Origin: Octopus vulgaris
Taxonomy: Eukaryota
DNA length: 64,000 nucleotides
Reading direction: 5' to 3'
Assembly: GCA_951406725.2 (NCBI GenBank)
Contig: OX597814.1
Location: 10,354,001-10,418,000, forward strand
Part shown: positions 1 through 13,092 of the stretch, piece by piece
Layout: every line of letters begins with the position of its first letter
How positions within the stretch are numbered: position 1 is the stretch's first letter
The notes under the pieces: model-generated
What the model saw: the letters and a program-made list of their open reading frames with translations, nothing else
What the model was told of the DNA's origin: nothing
Databases searched by the model: none
Made by a program: the position numbers and the translations under genes

Positions 1-1208
1 ATATGTGTGAATCGCTGTCATTCTTTGACGTTGTTGAGTTCACAAGTGATTTCATATAAACAATAGTTCAAGAAACCTTTAACAATAAAGCATTAAAAGC
101 ATTTATAGAAAATGTTCACTAATATTAAATTGTTTTGCAATCAACTCTATATTCTTAGAGTACAAATCTCCATCAAATATGTAGAATATATGTTATATCT
201 ATGCACATATTTTTAGATTGTTTTAAAATATCGTCAGTTTTGACGCCGAAGTTATACACTTATACACACGCATGCGCACATGCACATGTATGTATGTATG
301 TATATATATATATTCATTTATGTATTTATGCATGTATGTATATGTATGTCTGTATGCAAGCATTTTGTATATACATATATATGTGCATGTGTGTGTGTAT
401 GTGTGTGTACGTGTATGTATGTATGTGTGTGTTTGTATATGCGTGTGTGTGTAATTGTTATATGTAATATTATCTCTTTAGATAGATAACATAACCATAG
501 TTTTTCTGAAAGCTGTACATTTTCGTTTTACATCAATATACTTATTTTTCCAAAATCGTCACCCTCATCAACTAACAGACAGTTTGAATTCAAATACAAT
601 AATCTAATGAGAACCCATGTTTGCGTGCCAATTTGTCGTTCACTTTGTGTTACACAAAACTATATTTATTTTGGAATGAAAGATCTGATTATTTATGCTT
701 AGCTTCTTGGAATATAGCCAATCTTTCTGCTAGACGTTATCGAAAAATCTTTAATCTATTTTACTGATAACATTCAATTGAATGAACATGGTAATTTCAA
801 TTGGGATCCGATCTAACTATCGTCATTTTAGACACGCCAAAACTCTAACTATCAATTTTGGAAATTCTAGCCTGCCAACACTGTCGGTTCAATGCTAGGA
901 TCAAAGCGTCATCAGTAAAAACATTAACTCTTAATGTGAAGAGATTTTAAGCTGTCTTTCGAAATCTATTAGAATGAACACAGTGGTAGTAGAAGCAAAG
1001 GCAAGAACAATAGCAAGAATAACATTGATTTCTAATTTGGAACAGAACAATAAATTTAAGGGCGAATAAAGTTGATTAGTTGTAAGTCTAGTATATAGCT
1101 GGTACTTTGCTTATCGATCATTTGAATGTAAGAAAGCAAAATCATTCCTTTCGGTAGGGGCAAAGATTATGTCAGTCAAGGTGGCATTTCAATTTTCTAT
1201 ATAAAAAT

Positions 1209-1515
1209 ACTGGCACTCCGTCGGTTACGACGAGGAGGGTTCTTGTAGATCTGCTCAACGGAACAGCCTGCTCGTAAAATTAATGTGCAAGGGGCTCAGC
1301 ACTCCACAGACACGTGTACGCTTAACACAATTTTCAGACAGATTCAGCGTGACACAGAGCATGACAAGGCTGGCCTTTTGAAATACAGGTCCAACTCATT
1401 TTTTCCAGCTGATTGGACTGGAGCAACGTGAAATAAAGAGTCTTGCTCAACGACACGACGCGTGGCCGGGAATTGAACTCACAAACGAATAGCACTAACC
1501 AGTGAGGCACGCGCC
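1209..1515 (-). mobile_element. tRNA-derived SINE, family C (Meta-domain-like centre, RTE-like 3' tail)
   Basis: The minus strand has a tRNA-like head with B box (gagttcaattcc), then ttgagcaagactctttatttcacgttgctccagtccaatcagctgg (MetaSINE-like core), and ends in cgtcgtaaccgacggagtgcc. A degraded relative lies near 41960-42140. Confidence 0.65.
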
Positions 1516-1626
1516 TTCACACTTACTACATACACACACATACACACACACACACACGCACATATACATACACACACATACACACACACACACACGCACA
1601 TATACATACACATACATATCTATATA

Positions 1627-1788
1627 TACGATGGGTGTCTTTCAGTTTCCGTCTACCAAATCCTCTCACAAGGTTTTGGTCAGCCCGAGGCTATAGTAGA
1701 AGACATATGCCCAAGATGCCATGCAGTGGGACTGAACCCGGAACCATGTGTTTAGTAAGCAAGCTACTTACTACATAGCAATTCCTGC

Positions 1789-1790
<2 letters not shown>
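1627..1790 (-). mobile_element. SINE family A, 5' half
   Basis: Reverse complement of the 5' ~170 bp of the copy at 1919-2342, including B box ggttcagtccc. Confidence 0.85.
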
Positions 1791-1873
<83 letters not shown>

Positions 1874-1877
<4 letters not shown>

Positions 1878-3058
1878 GGTGATGTAAAATAACTTATCAC
1901 TTCAAAAACTTGAAGATAGGCGCAAGAGTGGCTGTGTGATAAGTAGCTTGCTTACCAACCACATGGTTCCGGGTTCAGTCCCACTGCGTAGCATCTTGGG
2001 TAAGTGTCTTCTGCTATAGCCTCGGGCCAACCAATGCCTTGTGAGTGGATTTTGTAGACGGAAACTGAAAGAAGCCTATCGTATATATGTATATATGTAT
2101 GTATGTGTGTGTGTATGTTTGTGTGTATATGTTTGTGTGTTTGTGTTTGTCCTCCTAGCATTGCTTGACAACCGATGCTGGTGTGTTTACGTCCCCGTCA
2201 CTTAGAGGTTCGGCAAAACAGACCGATAGAATAAGTACTGGGCTTACAAAGAATAAGTCCCGGGGTCGATTTGCTCGACTAAAAGCAGTGCTCCAGCATG
2301 GCCGCAGTCAAATGACTGAAACAAGTAAAAGAGTAACAGAGTATACCCTCTAATTTTTATTTATTTAGTGCTAAAAGTCAACATGCAAAATTTTTGCACA
2401 ATTGGAGACATTTTAGAGGTTGCTACCATCCACTGAATATTTTGTATATTGTTATTTTTCAGTTTGTATTTATTGTACATATTCTATCTCGTTGCCATCT
2501 TCTACAGGCCCTGACATACAACTGTTTAAGTGATTCAAGGTAAAGTGGATGGAAAAGTGACAAGAACAATTACCAAACAGCAACAAATGACCCTGACGTT
2601 GCATAGCAAATCTCATACGCTGAAGGAATGATTCAGTTTGCTCAAGCTCAGCTTAATGAACCGCAGCCACATGAAGGAATTGCTCGAGCTAACCCTCATT
2701 TACATCGATAGTACCCCAAGTCAGGAATCAGCTTTAAAAAACCTGGCGGTTATCACAGAACACGATGGATGGCCAAGCTAGTTTACTGCATTAAAATTTG
2801 GATGTTTAAATCTCAGTTTGAACTGAGAGAGAGAGAAAAGGACAGAGAGATGTTTGCGGATTTTCAGCTGCGATATACATCAGATCGTGATACCTGGCAC
2901 CCATACCCTCAAGCGCCCCACCCCCGTTCAGATTTGCATTTTGTGCAAAGTCTGCAGCTCTACAAGCAAAAAGATCACAAAATTGCAAGTGCTGCACTCA
3001 ATAAATTTTGAGACATTTGTGGTACCTGAGGAACTAGTGGAGCTTGCATTTTTTTTTA
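1874..3058 (+). mobile_element. hAT-superfamily (hATm-like) DNA transposon remnant, interrupted by a SINE
   Basis: Putative terminus TTAGGGTG abuts (TA)n at 1874. Disrupted peptides at 2500-3058 read STGPDIQLFK*F, ELLELTLIY, GISFKKPGGYHRTRWMAKLVYCIKIWMFKSQFEL, APHPRSDLHFVQSL..ASAALNKF, HLWYL..VELAFF. These match the PGAxHHARWMAK / HLWYLSEE motifs of hATm transposases. Confidence 0.75.
1919..2342 (+). mobile_element. SINE family A, full length (tRNA head, internal (TA)/(TG) microsatellite, aagagta tail)
   Basis: A-box-like tggctgtgtgataag and B box ggttcagtccc. Near-identical copies occur at 20934, 29298, 38432(-), 41397 and 60202. Confidence 0.9.
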
Positions 3059-3075
3059 TTCAGCTGTTTCTCATT

Positions 3076-3510
<435 letters not shown>

Positions 3511-4798
3511 GTGCAGAAGCAAAGCAGTGTCAGGTTTATATTCACAAACTTCAGAAAGATGTTCTTGAGCTGAGTGCCATGTGTATATTGCCAAGTGTTT
3601 ATATTTTATGCCTGCATTTATGCAGGCATAAAATGGGTACATTGTTCGCTTATATGTAGTTTGGTGATTTCCTATTTTCAGCTCATATTTAATAAACCTG
3701 ACATACTCTAGAACCCATTGCGATGTACCGTTAAGAGCAATACTCAACTCATTCATTTGGACAAAAAGAGGTAGCGTGGTCTAAACAATAGTCTGTATAT
3801 ATTTGTGTAATAGTTTATGTAATAGTTGAGATGTTCGCAGTATCATTGGCCGTATTTTATGGTGTTTTGTCGCCGATGGTGGTTGTGGTAGCGGTAGAGA
3901 AATATTTATATTGGAATGTTCATGCAATGATTTTCAGTTTCAGACGATATGATTCATAAAAACGATAAATTACTGAAAGACTCCATTGTATGGCCATACA
4001 TTTAACGACAAATCAATGAGTTTGTTTTAAGAGGGAGAGAGAGAGAGAGAGAGATAAAGAGATGGTGGGAGAGCAATTACTATGAGAGAAAAACCTTCTC
4101 TACTGAAAGAAGTACAGTTGATGAGAAACGCATCAACATCCTGTTAAATACGCCACTATTTAAAATGTTCGCCGACATATTGCTCCACCATGTCTAATTT
4201 TTCGCTCTATAATATTTCCGTTAGAGATTTTTTTTTACGTATATGTCTATAAGCATTTTGAATAGATTGTAGAAAACATCAATACAGACACGTAATGTCT
4301 AATCATAATTGAATATCATATACGATAAAAATAAATTGAATAACTATGAGACGCGAAATTGATTATAATGAATTCATGAACATTCTGAAATATCATATTA
4401 GCCGTGTTCCATGAATTACATCCAACACGCAAAAATAACCACTCACCCGCATACACGGCCACCGACATTTGCATAAGATGTTTGTATATCATTTTTAAAT
4501 GTGATTTGTTAATTGTTTTATGGGCGTAAGCAAACGCTCACACATATATATGATAAGGTTACGTATGTAATAAAATGATTTGAAAATCGAGTAACTGAGA
4601 TTATCTCTATAATTATATAACAAAACATCATCCCTATAATTATATAACAAAACATCTATGTAGGGATGAGATCTTTAAAATCTGAAAACAATAAGAAATA
4701 ATTCAAATGATATTAGTTTAGCCACATTTTGCAAAAAGAAAAAAAAATGTAGATTGCAGAATACTGTAGAAAGTAGCAAAAGCAATGTAGAAAGCAGC

Positions 4799-4832
4799 AA
4801 ACATGCTTCGATCTTTTAGATCTCTTCAGCGA
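4799..4832 (-). ncRNA. Degenerate minimal type I hammerhead ribozyme motif
   Basis: Minus strand: CUGAAGA-GAUC uaaaa GAUC-GAAG-CAUG-UU. Core and helix II are intact, A15.1 is changed to G, and helix I pairs poorly. Confidence 0.45.
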
Positions 4833-5239
4833 AACATATCCTCCCTAACTGGCAAAGCTTAGAAGAGACAATTATATACAGAAATGAAGGGATATTAGTG
4901 ACGCTGATTATCAATATTAATTAGAAGAGAAATAGTTTAGATCAGCGTTCTGCTTGGTGCATACGTATACGCAATAAAGTCTCATATATAATATAGTGAG
5001 ATAGAAATGTCGATTACTTGCCTGAAATTATTCTTGCGATTGTTAGACAACATTCTCTCTAAGGGTGATTTAATGTACTCCTCTACATCTCTCTCTCTCA
5101 CACACACTCTCTCTCTCTCTCTCGCACGCACACATGTAGATATGTATTTATGTATGTATGTATGTATGTATGTATGTATGTATGTATGTATGTATGTATA
5201 CACCCACACTCACACCCCACACCCCACCCCACACACATA

Positions 5240-5722
5240 TAGTTGAAATTTACAGAAAACCAAAAGACTAAGACAGGTGTATAAACAACAAGCAGGTGTA
5301 TTAGTTTGACGCTCGAGAAGGTGAGAAAGTCATTTACGTTTCGAGCCTACGCTCTTCAACGGAAAGGAGCACGGGAAATATACAGAAAGAAAATAAATAC
5401 AAAATACTTTTGGAGTTAGCGGTCAATCATGGCGACTGGCTGGACAAAGGTAGTTAGACAGGAGAGCTAGGAAAAGGGGGAAATAATAAAGTATTTGTGA
5501 TCTCGAAACGAAGGTGCGCGTGCGTATATGTGAGAGTGTATGTGCGTGTAGATAGGGGCTGGTGACTTTGACGTGTGGATGTGTGGTTGATAGTGTGGGT
5601 GCTGGGAAGTGGTCAGTGCTAGAGTGTGCGGGGTGGTGTGGCCGTGTTAGAGTGTGGAGAAGTGAGGGGGGGTTGGGGTGAGGATGTGGGGGTAGGTGTG
5701 GGGTATGTGGGTGCGGGATGTG
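5240..5722 (-). mobile_element. Non-autonomous Penelope-like (pLTR-derived) element with HHR motif at 5330-5367
   Basis: Minus strand: CCUUU-CCGUUGA-A-GAGC guag GCUC-GAAACGUA. Homologous to 35009-35643 and bounded by (TA)/(CA) repeats. Confidence 0.6.
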
Positions 5723-5737
5723 TGGATATATATATAC

Positions 5738-5768
<31 letters not shown>

Positions 5769-6086
5769 TATATACATGCATGTATGTGTGTGTATGTGTG
5801 TATATATATGTATGTATAAATTTGCTGAAGTGATCCTCTTTTGCAATCACAAATTCTCTTCCACTTTTTTTAAAGGTGTATAGAAATAAAAATATGCATC
5901 CATATTTACATGTACATGCATCAATATGAAATTGCATACCTAACTAGACAATCAGACACAAAGATAAACAGACAGACAGATAGACAGAAAGACAGACAGT
6001 CAGATAAAAAGATAGATGGATAGGTAAATAGATAGATAGAGAGATAGACAGATACATAGAGAGATAGTTACATAGATAGATAGATT

Positions 6087-6134
<48 letters not shown>

Positions 6135-6135
6135 T

Positions 6136-6365
6136 GTTTCTTTATTAGCCACACAGGGCTGCACACAGATAGAACAAATTACAAGGTAGAGCTTTTCTTT
6201 TGAAGGTTTAAAAAAAAGAAAAAAAAAAAGGAAGGGGGAGTTTCGATCAAAAGGGATCGTAAAAGGAGAGAAAGAGGACAAAAAAAAGGGGGGTTAAAAA
6301 AAAGGGGGGAGAGGAAAAAAAAATTGATCAATAGGGATCGTTATCACAGAAATGTCAATATGAAG
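6136..6365 (-). mobile_element. 3' end of an unclassified LINE-like element with (TATC)n tail
   Basis: Near-identical to 51184-51440. The minus strand ends ...gcagccctgtgtggctAATAAAgaaac followed by (TATC)n. Confidence 0.6.
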
Positions 6366-6827
6366 TGTAGATAGATAGATAGAAAACTGGATGCATAGAT
6401 AACGATAAAATTTATTTCAGGATTAAAACGCGGATAGAAATTATTAAAAAAAACTTGGCATAAGAAATTGTAATGAAACTTTAGATTATATATCTCAAGT
6501 ATAACTCTAAATAATTTAATATTCAAATTGGTATTTTGTTGTTACTGGTGTAGTAATAGTAAGAGTATTTAAAGGAACGGTGTACCTAGCATCAATAGTA
6601 GAAATGGTGGTGGTGGTGGTGGTGGTGGTGGTGGTGGTGATGGTCGTCGTCGTCGTCGTCGTCATCGTCACTTGCTTGCGATGATGCTGAAGGCGTTGGT
6701 ATTTCATGAATCGTTTCTTTGGTGACGATCTGATCTGATTTCTCGTATATAATAACTATTAAATTTATAATAAGGGTGATACAGAGCAGATGGTTTTGAA
6801 CGATTTATGCATACATACATACAAACA

Positions 6828-6898
<71 letters not shown>

Positions 6899-6904
6899 TA
6901 TGTA

Positions 6905-6944
<40 letters not shown>

Positions 6945-7391
6945 TACATGTATATTTAATGTTTATTCATGTCTTTGTAGTTACATGCATATATATGCAC
7001 ATTGCATAAATGTGCATTTGCATGTCTCATTTTGCATATTTTAATCAGTATACATATTTACGTAATCCTATTTAAATTAGGGATAAACATTTTAATTCTC
7101 CAAAAAGGAATCACATTTAGGTGTATCTGTATACATTTGCGGACGAATATATTTCCTAATACACACATACTTCGTTTATAAATACATTTTCACGTGCATC
7201 AGTAACTTCTAGAATATATTATAACGAAGTGATAGAGAGAAGACATACATACATACATACATTTGCATGTGAAAGAGCATGTGTGCGCACGATTGCATTA
7301 CTTCAGACTGCATGGATGTGTATGCATTTTTGTTTTCGAGAAAGTAGATAATAGAAAAGAGATGTGTTTGCAACGGTTTATATATATGTAT

Positions 7392-7485
<94 letters not shown>

Positions 7486-7666
7486 TTAGACATAGATATA
7501 GATATATATACACGTATGCATTTATATTTATTAAAAGCCAGATTTTCATTCCGTCTCTAGAACATTAACTGGAGGATTTGTAGCATATGGATAACAACAA
7601 AATTACTGAAAAAATATGTTTATATACATATAACGTATGAAGCATACCAGATCTTCAGACATACCT

Positions 7667-7727
<61 letters not shown>

Positions 7728-7904
7728 GTGAGTGAGAGAGTAGAAAAAGCAATGGAAATGAAGGTAAATCTTTTAATAAAAATATTTTCATTGCATTTAT
7801 TGGTATTTAGAAAGTAAATGACAGCTAACTATATTCATATAAAGTCGAGATATACAGCTCTCAGTTACAGGTCACTACTATTATTTTGTAGAGAAATATT
7901 AGTA

Positions 7905-8310
7905 TCAAATTTTGCCACAAAACCAGCAATTTTGGGGCAGTGGGCAAGACGATAACATAGATCCAGTATCTGTTTGGGGCCCCAAAAGAATGAGAGGCAA
8001 GTCGACCTCGGCGGAATTTGAACTCAGAATGTAAAGACGAACGAAATGCCGGTAAGCATTTTGCTGTGTGCTAAAGTTTCTGCCCGTCCACTTGCTTAAG
8101 TTTATAGAGATATATCGGTTTTAAATTTCGGCACAAGGTCAGCAAGTTCATTGAAGGTGCAAGTCGATTACATCGACCCAAATACTCAGCTGGTTTTTAT
8201 CGAACCCTAAATGATGAAAGGTGATGTCGACCTCGGTAGAATTTGAACTCAGAACGTAAAGACGGCCAAAAGCTGATATGCATCTTACCTAGCTTGCTAA
8301 CGATTCTTTT
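7905..8310 (-). mobile_element. Two adjacent degraded SINE family B (Nin/Deu-domain-like) copies
   Basis: Both contain gtcgacctcggcggaatttgaactcagaa, shared with the copies at 24445-24860 and 44448-46271. Confidence 0.8.
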
Positions 8311-8329
8311 CTAATCTAATTGTGATATA

Positions 8330-10980
8330 AAGGATGATTCTAATGTCCTGACCATTAGAGGAACATAGAGCTGAACAGACCATCATCTAGTGCGTGGAAA
8401 AAGAAATTTTTCGATAATGCCTCAAGTCGATAGAATGGTCCTAAGTTACCGAAAAAGTTAAATGTTGCAAATTTCAAATAACCAAATAACGTGCAAAGAT
8501 TCCAAGATACTATAGAAAGTATCAATCTTTCTATAGTATCAATCAAACAGACAATGGGAAGATTTCAAAACAAAAGTATTTCAGGCTCCAAGTTCTTCAG
8601 AGGGATTTAAATCGCGTAAGTCCAATGACTGGTTTTCATACAAATCACCAGAAATTCATGATCTACTTTTAGAAAAACAATACTTAGGCAATACACTTTT
8701 TTCTCAGTCCTTGAACCCCAACTCAAACGAAGCTTACTGCTCTTAGGAAAATTAACAGGAATGGTTGAATGATAGAGTAAAAAGGGGCGCAAGAAGCAGC
8801 TGATAGAAATGATGCCAAGGGTTTGAACTCGTATGTTTTGGAGGTATATGGCCCAAAATCTTCTTCAATAGCTCCAGTGAGAACAGCAAATGGATATTTG
8901 CTTCTGACTGATACCGCTTCTATTCATATGTGCTGGGTAGAACTTTTTTCTGCACTTTTAAATAGACCATCATCCGCTGACATGAGGACGATAGAAAAAA
9001 ATTGAACACGTTCCAGTTATAGAGGAAATGGCATTTGAACCAACTCTAAATGACATTTATCTAGCTGTGAATAAGTCTCCAGGGTCTGATGGAATCTATG
9101 TAGAGGTCTTGAAATATGGGGGTGACAAAATGTTTGAACTCTTAAATATATTAATTTGTCACTATTGGAGGACTGAGAATCAAAAACTCGATTGATGCCA
9201 TCTTAGTTTCCTTGAATAAATCGGGGCCAAAGGAGCTGTGTGGTATTTTCGTGGGATTTCGATTTTGTTTGTAGTTGGAAAAGTACTTGCCCGCATTCTG
9301 TTAGTTTAAATATCTTCATAGTCCCAAATATAGTGTCTGAGTCTCAATGTGGTTTTCGCTCCTCCAGGGGCACAGTTGATTATATCTTTAGTATCAAACA
9401 ATTTCAGGAAAAGTGTATTGAATAAAATTTTGCTTTATACCATTGCTTTGTTGATATAAGCAAGGTATTCGATATTGTTAATCAAAGTGCTCTGTGGCTA
9501 ATTCTATGGAAAATAGGTTGCCCAGAAAATAATCGCGATCATGATCAAGGTTTTGCATCAAGAGATGAAGGCTAGAGTTAATTTTAGTGGCAAGTTCTCT
9601 GAATCTCTTCTCGTGAAAAATGGAGTAAAGCAAGGACTTTGATGCATCCACCCTCTTTGCTATATAATTGCTGCTGTGCTGTCATACGCTTTTCAAAACT
9701 CCGAGGAGGGTATTAACAAAAAATATCGAACAACAGGGCAAGTTTTTAATTTGACCAGACTGAAATTCAAAACAAAGGATTTTTTCTTCACTCATTACGG
9801 AACTCTTACAAGCTGACGATTGCGATCTAGTCAGTCATTATGAAACGTGCCTGCCGTCTATTGTATTTGTATTTGACACAGTTTGTGATGATTCGGTCTT
9901 GCACATCAGCTTCAAGAAAACAGTTTCAACCTGCATCTGATGCTGTTTGCAACCCCACTAAAATTTTCTTTAAGAGAAGTTACTTGAGTTTGTTGACTCT
10001 TTCATTGATCTTGGAAGCTCTGTGGAAAATGATGGAAATCTGAACACAAAGATACATCTGTGAATTCAAAGGGCAGCACAAGCATTTGGTGGTTTGAAGT
10101 CACGCGTTTGGCGCCAATGGCATATAAATAACGACACAAAATTGGCACTTTACAAATCGTTTGTTTTACCATCCCTGTTGTATTCTGAAACATGGATGTG
10201 TTATGAAAGGCATTTCAAACTGTTAAAACGATTCCACGAAAAATGCCTCAGCCGCATTTTAAACATTAAATGGGGCTCTTTTTTTTTACTCCAGACACAG
10301 ATGTCTTTGCGTCTGCAGGCATCACTTCAAATAAATCCATGATTCTGAAAAATCAAAAGAGATGGTCTGGCCATAATGTTCGAATGGTGGATGGACGCAC
10401 ATTTTATGGCCAGCTTTCAGAGGCGAAACGCTATCCGCGTAAACCTAGAAAGAGTTTTAAGGACAGCATAAGGATTACCATGAAGTCATATGGAATGAAT
10501 CCAAAGGCCATAGAAACCCATGTTTCGCATCGAGTTTCTTGGCGAACAAAAGTGTGGAGTAGAATGAAAGGGCTTAAGGAGGCCAGGATAACACATGCAA
10601 GATTCAAGGGAGATTTAAAGAAAGATATTACGATCGAGAAGGTGAATCTCTGTGACCTTTGGTGTGCACAGTTTGGGATAGAACATGCCTTGCTTTTGCT
10701 GAACTCAAATCTCATTTGAGAACCCATGAGAAGCGAACGTCCACGAACTATTCTGCCTATATATCTGGACACCATTTTCAATGCCGTGTGTGCCACATTA
10801 TAAGATGCACAAAGATTAGAACTTAATTGCAGCTCTTGGTGGTCCAAATCGGTTATGCAATGTATGTGGGTTTCTTTACAATACAATGTCTGATTTAAAA
10901 AGTGACATCAGACGCCATGATTAATCTAAGTGTAGGTACAAGTGATGGTCAGACTCTGCATAAGGCGTAAACAACCACCA
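8330..10980 (+). mobile_element. RTE-clade LINE, reverse transcriptase pseudogene with (TACA)n tail
   Basis: Frame-broken peptides: KSPGSDGIYVEVLKYGG, VVGKVLARIL, IVSESQCGFRSSRGTVDYIFSIKQFQEKCIE, CFVDISKVFDIV, NGVKQG, ADDC, TKLALYKSFVLPSLLYSETW, RWSGHNVRM, FYGQLSEAKR. Many stops and frameshifts. Confidence 0.92.
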
Positions 10981-11012
10981 TACATACATACATACATACA
11001 TACATACATACA

Positions 11013-11102
<90 letters not shown>

Positions 11103-11145
11103 TGTATGTATGTATATATGGGAAGAAAGAAAAAGATCTATATTC

Positions 11146-11177
<32 letters not shown>

Positions 11178-11335
11178 TGAGTAAAACGGCTAGTTTTACA
11201 TCTCTGAATGAAATCTAAGTGGTAACTATACTTCATAGTAAAATCTGTTTGCCAACGTAAAGTGTTTCCCTGGGGTTAAAAGGTAGTAACATGGTGCTAA
11301 GCAGGATTATTAGCTTACGTTGGGAAATAGATTTT

Positions 11336-11398
<63 letters not shown>

Positions 11399-11514
11399 AC
11401 TTACATACATATATACACACACATATAAATCTATATAGAGAGTGAAAGACGTGTATGTGTGTGTGTGCATACATACATACATAGTCTCTCACACACACAC
11501 ACGCACATATACAG

Positions 11515-11640
11515 ATACGATGGGCTCCATTCAATTCGTCTACCAAAGCCACTCTAAAGGCTTTGGTGTGCCACGGAATGGGACTGAATCCAGAACCATC
11601 TGGTTGAAAAGCAACCCTCTTACCACACAACCATGCCGAT
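11515..11640 (-). mobile_element. SINE family A fragment
   Basis: Degraded match to the SINE A head (gggactgaatccagaaccatctggttg...cttaccacacaaccatg). Confidence 0.7.
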
Positions 11641-12303
11641 ACCGACATATTTAATTTCAAGTAGGGTGCTGTCTGTATCATAATGGAAGAAGCTAGTTTC
11701 TGGTTTCGAGACCCAATCTTTCTCGATTGGTCAGAAATTTAAAATATTAAACCAGATCACACACAAGTATTTACATACAAGAATTGTAAAACTGTTAAGA
11801 AATGGAAATCAGGCGCTTGAACAATAAATCAACTTCTCTCCGAAAAAATTTCGACTTTGTTGTGGCTCTTTGTAAGAATTCAGTGGTGGTGGGTGTGAAA
11901 GAAATTCACGAGAAACCAAACACAAATCACACTCGCCCGCGCGTGCAGGCACACACATATAGAGTAAAACGACAAAAACAATTATATTTAAATAGAAATA
12001 AAGAAATATAAATATTTTCTCAAAGTGGTCAATGGAAATAGAAATCTAAATGTACATAAGCAAAAATATAAATAGATACATGTACGGATGAAAAAGACAA
12101 TAAAGAAATATATAAATGAATACATAGAAAGAGCTTAGATTGAACGAGATCAATAAATATATACGATAGAGTGGGGGACGGATCATGTTCATTCGGCTGT
12201 GCTCCCTGGAGAAATATTGCGATAACGATAGCCTTATATATATATACACATACAGATACATGTGTGTGCATGTATGCACATATATAAATATATATGTCGA
12301 TAT

Positions 12304-12361
<58 letters not shown>

Positions 12362-12975
12362 ATACCTCATATATATATATATGTTCACATAAATATACAC
12401 ATACACACACACGCAAATGCCAGTCAAGCTTTGGCGCCAATGTTAAAGATAGTTAGGCACACTCAACTGTATATGTACAGTGTCGAATACAAATCTCGTT
12501 GCGTATTTCCGATGAAATTAGGCGGGCGATAGAAGCCTGTTTCCTCTCCACGTCCAAAAGAATTGATATGGTATGTCTTTACACAAACACACACAGAACA
12601 TAATGCGCGCGCGCGTGTGTGTGTGTGTGCATATATACACGTGTGTCTGTAGACACAAACGCACATACACACACACACACACATATATATATGTATGTTC
12701 GATACCATGTAAATGGTGATTTCCCGTGCCAATGGTCTTTGTGATGGTGGCTGTGAAAAGTGCAAGAATTCCTGTGGTGGTGACGATGATGATGAGGAAT
12801 TAGATGGTGTTGGTGGTGGCAGGTCTCAAATTGGTTATGATCGAGTAGAGATTGGATCGGGGTAGTTGCGGAGGAGACGTCCTCGAACGAGAAGTATTTT
12901 TGTGTTCTAATCCGGGCGATATTCTACGAAATGGCTTCCAACCCTACGGTGTCCCTATCCTTAAACGTATGTACA

Positions 12976-13092
<117 letters not shown>

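Noticed and set aside
1874-1879. Telomeric TTAGGG
   Set aside because: A single hexamer, better explained as a transposon terminus.
8575-8602. Minus-strand CTGAAGA...GAAA
   Set aside because: Lies inside the RTE LINE and has no stable helix I, II or III.
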